DNA of 63,111 nt, taken from contig CAYTGV010000012.1 in NCBI GenBank assembly GCA_964437495.1, positions 1-63,111 of the forward strand, given 5' to 3'. Position 1 is the first letter of the stretch; each line of letters opens with the position of its first letter. Below are positions 59,049 through 63,111 of this stretch, one piece after another. Both the position numbers and the translations under genes were made by a program. The notes beneath the pieces were generated by a model. The model made no database searches and had not been told where the DNA came from. It worked only from the letters and a program-made list of their open reading frames with translations. This DNA is from an uncultured Planctomycetia bacterium (GTDB lineage: Bacteria > Omnitrophota > Gorgyraeia > B26-G9).

Positions 59049-59597
59049 TTAAGAATTCCTCATTTTTATTAAAAGATTCAAGGTTTCTGATAATACCCTG
59101 GCGCCTAAAACCGTCTTTTGCGCAGTAAGAGACACTGCAATACTATCTACACCAGCACCAAATTGTAAATTATTTATATTATTGGCGATAATATCTGATG
59201 AACGTAATCTGCTGCTGGCCGCATCCGGTACTACCAGGCGCATCAAATTTGTCCCATTTAAAGTATAAACAATGCTATCAAAAGATCCTGTTACAATATC
59301 ACCGGCATTTACAGAAGGAACACTTAAAACCACTTCAGACGCTCCGCTTGTATAAGTAGTGCCACCGATATTAATATTCGCAAGTATTTGGTTTGTCCAT
59401 TGCACATCTCTGGCAATCCACTCCATTGCTAAACGCGCATCCGCATGTATTTCCAGCAGATTAGTGCCAACTACAAAGCTGTTCTGACCGCTTATAAACA
59501 CAATTACTATAGCTGCGCCAATTACAGTAGCAACTAATGAGGCAATAAGCAGTTCAACTAATGTAATCCCGGATAACCCTTTCTTTTTTAATTTCAT
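59049..59597 (-). CDS. Prepilin-type N-terminal cleavage/methylation domain protein (minor pilin)
   Basis: 182 aa; KKGLSG-ITLVELLIA prepilin leader. Confidence 0.75.
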   Translation of the reverse strand: MKLKKKGLSGITLVELLIASLVATVIGAAIVIVFISGQNSFVVGTNLLEIHADARLAMEWIARDVQWTNQILANINIGGTTYTSGASEVVLSVPSVNAGDIVTGSFDSIVYTLNGTNLMRLVVPDAASSRLRSSDIIANNINNLQFGAGVDSIAVSLTAQKTVLGARVLSETLNLLIKMRNS

Positions 59598-59640
59598 ATT
59601 AATCCATTAATTCTCAGCTGGTTAAAGAAGCAGACTATAC

Positions 59641-60051
59641 CTATCCTTCTAATCCGCCGCTAGTTATCATTGTTACCGCACTTTTTGTTTTTTTTCTGCC
59701 ATTGGCTGATTTCCACTCAACAAATGCATTTACCCTAATAATCATATTACTCGACAGAATAGGATAATCAACCGTGATCTTACCCGTTGAACTAGGCAAC
59801 AAAGCTAATGACGCAGAATTAAAATTATTCTGAGGAAAATATGCAGTCACAACATCATTAAAACTCCATTCCCGGAGAATCTCTATTTGCTCCTGTAAAG
59901 CACAAGCAGCTACCGCATTTTCCTTGATTATCGTGGTTAGCATCAGCCCTTTGGAAAAACAAGAAGCTACCGCCAGCATTGACACACTGACTATAACAGT
60001 AGTTATAAGCGTTTCTATTAATGTGAATCCCTTTTCTCTTCTCAATCTCAT
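59641..60051 (-). CDS. Prepilin-type N-terminal cleavage/methylation domain protein (minor pilin)
   Basis: 136 aa; RREKG-FTLIETLIT prepilin peptidase site. Confidence 0.8.
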   Translation of the reverse strand: MRLRREKGFTLIETLITTVIVSVSMLAVASCFSKGLMLTTIIKENAVAACALQEQIEILREWSFNDVVTAYFPQNNFNSASLALLPSSTGKITVDYPILSSNMIIRVNAFVEWKSANGRKKTKSAVTMITSGGLEG

Positions 60052-60341
60052 TAAAGCTTCCCTTCAACCTGGAATCCGTTTATCTGGGTTTTACATTTAT
60101 AATCTCATTTTTCTTTTTATTATACTTAATAATAATAAAAATAAAATAGTTCCCAAAAAAAATTTTATTCACTTTTTTGCTTTTAATTTTAAGTTTTTAA
60201 ATGTCCTTACTTGCTGGAATAGAAGATATCTATTGGATATCTTCATTCATTGCCTGTGCTTACTGGGCATTAATAATACCGTCATTATCGGCCTCAGCCT
60301 ATGCATCCACCTTTGCCTTACTTCTATATTTTAAACTTTTT

Positions 60342-60701
60342 TTACTTTAAAAACAACAGCATTATTCCAAAACATATCTGCAAGGCTGCCCCTATACTAA
60401 AAAACTTTATTGGTTGAATTGAGAGCCATTGCACAAGGTTTTCTGATGTTTTCTCCTTTAAGAAGAACATGGACTTGAAGATACCTATAAGTCCGAAGAT
60501 AAATACTATTTTCGCTAGGATTCCCTCTGAGTTCCAGGCTATTGACAATATCATGGATGAGAGAGCCAGGGCTACGCAAAACAGATATTTTCTTATCTTT
60601 TTTATACCTTTTTTTTGAAGTCGGTTTTTTAACAGCTGGGGCTTTATTAGAAAAATAACTCCCATAATTACCCAGACCCATCCCAATATCTTTGCGAACA
60701 T
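60342..60701 (-). CDS. Hypothetical integral membrane protein
   Basis: 119 aa, about four hydrophobic helices; the internal alternative-frame ORF 60397..60681 is discounted. Confidence 0.6.
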   Translation of the reverse strand: MFAKILGWVWVIMGVIFLIKPQLLKNRLQKKGIKKIRKYLFCVALALSSMILSIAWNSEGILAKIVFIFGLIGIFKSMFFLKEKTSENLVQWLSIQPIKFFSIGAALQICFGIMLLFLK

Positions 60702-60709
60702 AAATACCT

Positions 60710-61246
60710 CTATTTATTAAACTTAAGTGATTTCGCTATCCAATCAATAGACGGTTCGTTTAAGGCACGCAGTTCAAATAATGTACCTGACTGAAGAATA
60801 AGCATATTATCTTCTTTGGGCCATATAAACTGTTTGAAAAACCAATGCTTATTATCTCTTCTGGTAAAATCAAAACTTATAACAAAGCATTCATATCCAG
60901 CTACTATTGTAAATTCCTCATGGCTGATCACCATTTCTCCGCCCCAGTGCTTTTGCATCTGCTGCATAAAATCATCTACATACCAATCGACAAATTTATG
61001 AAATTCTCCTACATGGGGATATATTCTTAGCTGTATACCGGTATTATTATTCTTGTTTATCTCACCCCTGATAAGATTCTTTGAATCAGGAAAGACCCGG
61101 GCCTGCCAGTCAAAAGGATATTCTAAACTATACCCAAAAGCCAGATCTTCAAGCACTTGGGCCTGAACATATTCGCAATTAAGACTAAATAGAATTGCCG
61201 CTATCAATATAATAAGCCTGCCGTACTTTTTCGCACTATTGCCCAT
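60710..61246 (-). CDS. Hypothetical secreted protein
   Basis: 178 aa; signal-like N-terminus (LIILIAAILFSLNCEYVQA); no family recognised. Confidence 0.6.
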   Translation of the reverse strand: MGNSAKKYGRLIILIAAILFSLNCEYVQAQVLEDLAFGYSLEYPFDWQARVFPDSKNLIRGEINKNNNTGIQLRIYPHVGEFHKFVDWYVDDFMQQMQKHWGGEMVISHEEFTIVAGYECFVISFDFTRRDNKHWFFKQFIWPKEDNMLILQSGTLFELRALNEPSIDWIAKSLKFNK

Positions 61247-61318
61247 AACAACCCTCTTCTGTTGTCCTTCTTAAGTTTTTTCAGCATTCTCCAAATTTTA
61301 TTTTTTGCATATCCGTAT

Positions 61319-62272
61319 TTAAATTTGCCCTTGAACAAACTCTCCTTTATCCATTATTTTCTTTCCATCTAGATAAATATCCGGCTTTAGAATGACTCCA
61401 TCAAGATGCAAGGGAACATCATTATCACCGCCGAATGAAAGATTATTACCTAATGCAATATGCACGGTACCAAGCATTTTTTCATCTTCCAGAACAAGTC
61501 CGATGATCTTGGCTTTTGGATTAAGCCCGATGCCCAATTCAGCAACTCTATAGGCCTTAGCTCCTGCATCATCAAGCCGTTTTCTTACCAAATCTGAATG
61601 AACACCCTCTATATCATAAACAAAAGAATCCCTAACTTTAAAACAAAGCGGTGATTCAAGGATCCCCAGCCCCGGAAAAGAAGCATCAACAAAATAGATT
61701 CCCTGTGCCTCAAGCGGTGTAAAAGCAACTTCGCCTTCCGGCAAATTACCGAATGCACCAGGATAATCAAGAATGCCTCCATTTTCTCCAAACCACTTAT
61801 TATTGCCTATTTTAAGATTAATATCAGTGCCCAGAACAGTGGTTATCCTAATGCTTGAACCCTGAGATAAAATCGAGCAAAGCTTTTGCGATTTGCCAGC
61901 TAGATCATCATAATCTATTAAACAACATCTATTGATTATATCTTCTGTTACAGTAGACATGGAAGCTATCCTTGCGCCAATCTCTGTTGCCTTTCTTCTT
62001 GCCTCGGTATGGGAAAGAGATTTATCCGTAATCAGAAACTGAACATTAAACAACAACATTTCCCGGGCAACCGCATCTGCAGGCTCTTGGGCATGTTCAA
62101 GCCCTGGGTCCATGACTATTATTTTTACAGCCGGTGTGATTTGCTTTGCAAAATCATAAAAACCCCTGCCGATATTTTCTTTTACAGTGTCAGTAACAAT
62201 AAGACAGGATTCATTAGATTTGAGTTTTAAGGATTTATGAAATATTGCCTTAAGGGCATCATTATTTAGCAT
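61319..62272 (-). CDS. M29-family (aminopeptidase T/S-like) metalloaminopeptidase
   Basis: LPEGEVAFTP, ELGIGLNP, GTVHIALG, DVPLHLDGV motifs. Start placed at ATG 62272 (MLNNDALK) to avoid a 35-nt overlap; the longest ORF reaches 62338. Confidence 0.8.
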   Translation of the reverse strand: MLNNDALKAIFHKSLKLKSNESCLIVTDTVKENIGRGFYDFAKQITPAVKIIVMDPGLEHAQEPADAVAREMLLFNVQFLITDKSLSHTEARRKATEIGARIASMSTVTEDIINRCCLIDYDDLAGKSQKLCSILSQGSSIRITTVLGTDINLKIGNNKWFGENGGILDYPGAFGNLPEGEVAFTPLEAQGIYFVDASFPGLGILESPLCFKVRDSFVYDIEGVHSDLVRKRLDDAGAKAYRVAELGIGLNPKAKIIGLVLEDEKMLGTVHIALGNNLSFGGDNDVPLHLDGVILKPDIYLDGKKIMDKGEFVQGQI

Positions 62273-62303
62273 CTTTATAACTCTTTGATTAATATTGGCT
62301 TGA

Positions 62304-62810
62304 TCAATTTGATTTTGTAATAAAAGCCTGTGTTGCAATTCCTATGCCAGCCAAAATAACAAACAGTATTTTGGTTAAAGACAAGCTGAATCCCATAACC
62401 TGTACAATAAGAAAAGCTCCGCTTAATGATGAAAGGACGATCAACGCCCCATCAAATAAAACAAGCGTAAATACCACCCCAATAGCACCGCCAACGCCAA
62501 ATAAAACCCACGGTAGCCAGGGAATATTAAACTTTAGTTCATTTACAATACTCATGGCTACATAACCGCCGGCCAGAAATCCGACAACACTCAGTCCTAC
62601 CTTCTGCACTAAAAAAGATAGTACAATTGCAATTATCGACAATATAAGCGCAATAATCCAGATAACATGCTGAGATTGTCCGTGTAAAATAAGCGGAACA
62701 AATTCCACACCAAAAATAAACGCTATTGCACCTGAAAAAAGCCAGAAAAGCTTTCTTCCAAGCATTAGCAAAACAATACCAAAAATTATATATGCGATTT
62801 CTAAATACAT
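62304..62810 (-). CDS. Hypothetical polytopic membrane protein
   Basis: 168 aa, five to six hydrophobic helices, Gly-rich; no family recognised. Confidence 0.6.
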   Translation of the reverse strand: MYLEIAYIIFGIVLLMLGRKLFWLFSGAIAFIFGVEFVPLILHGQSQHVIWIIALILSIIAIVLSFLVQKVGLSVVGFLAGGYVAMSIVNELKFNIPWLPWVLFGVGGAIGVVFTLVLFDGALIVLSSLSGAFLIVQVMGFSLSLTKILFVILAGIGIATQAFITKSN

Positions 62811-63111
62811 GATTTCAATTGTATGGTTGAGTAAACATCATCTTTAATAGCCTGCAATCTATAAATTTTTCAATCAATATCTGAAAAACGTTAAACTCCT
62901 AGTAGCCTCTATCATCTCTCTGCACAATAGTTTATGATTTTATTATAAAAGCAAAAACCCATTTTGCCTAGCATTTTACTTTAAAAAAACTATAGAACCT
63001 GGATCATAGCAAACAGACAAATCTCTACTTTAGCTTATGAAAACTGAATACTACCTTTAATTTAATATTATATCATCTCTATAAGATAAACAATACTGAA
63101 TAGTTTTAAAA

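Overview
This is a visibly AT-rich bacterial chromosomal segment. Every gene I can support (about 60 CDS plus three tRNAs) lies on the minus strand, and the listed plus-strand ORFs look like antisense shadows. Reading the minus strand from high to low coordinates:

- membrane protein and M29 aminopeptidase
- minor-pseudopilin cluster
- thiM-thiE-DnaQ-like exonuclease, followed by two secreted coiled-coil paralogues
- nfnAB-like oxidoreductase, leuB, an icd-like gene and gdhA
- carA'-'carB gene remnant, then a tightly coupled carB-purF-DUF1846-purF paralogue-pyrG remnant-GAF/ANTAR operon
- unlisted lysine-rich small ORF, a structured spacer and a truncated HD-GYP gene
- housekeeping genes (rluA-family, uppP, phasin-like pair, Na/Pi transporter, mgtE, rlmB)
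- tRNA-Pro/Arg/His
- fabK-like and PilZ genes
- 13-kb trehalose/alpha-glucan cluster (beta-PGM::T6P-phosphatase fusion, GH65, treZ, GH57, treY, malQ)
- hflX, then a CIRCE-controlled hrcA-grpE-dnaK-dnaJ operon
- DUF1015, a disrupted arsC-like gene, an HD hydrolase, greA and a partial PP-loop ATPase

I saw no transposase, integrase, reverse transcriptase, CRISPR array or recognisable defence or toxin genes. No clearly novel multi-gene system is evident.

The most unusual items are:

- the uncharacterised DUF1846 / Ser1-PurF paralogue core of the nucleotide operon
- several decayed glutamine-amidotransferase-related genes within 10 kb
- a histone-H1-like poly-Lys ORF next to a G-U-compensated RNA stem
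- degenerate heptanucleotide tandem repeats that fill several intergenic spacers

All product calls come from reading motifs by eye. No database search was possible.
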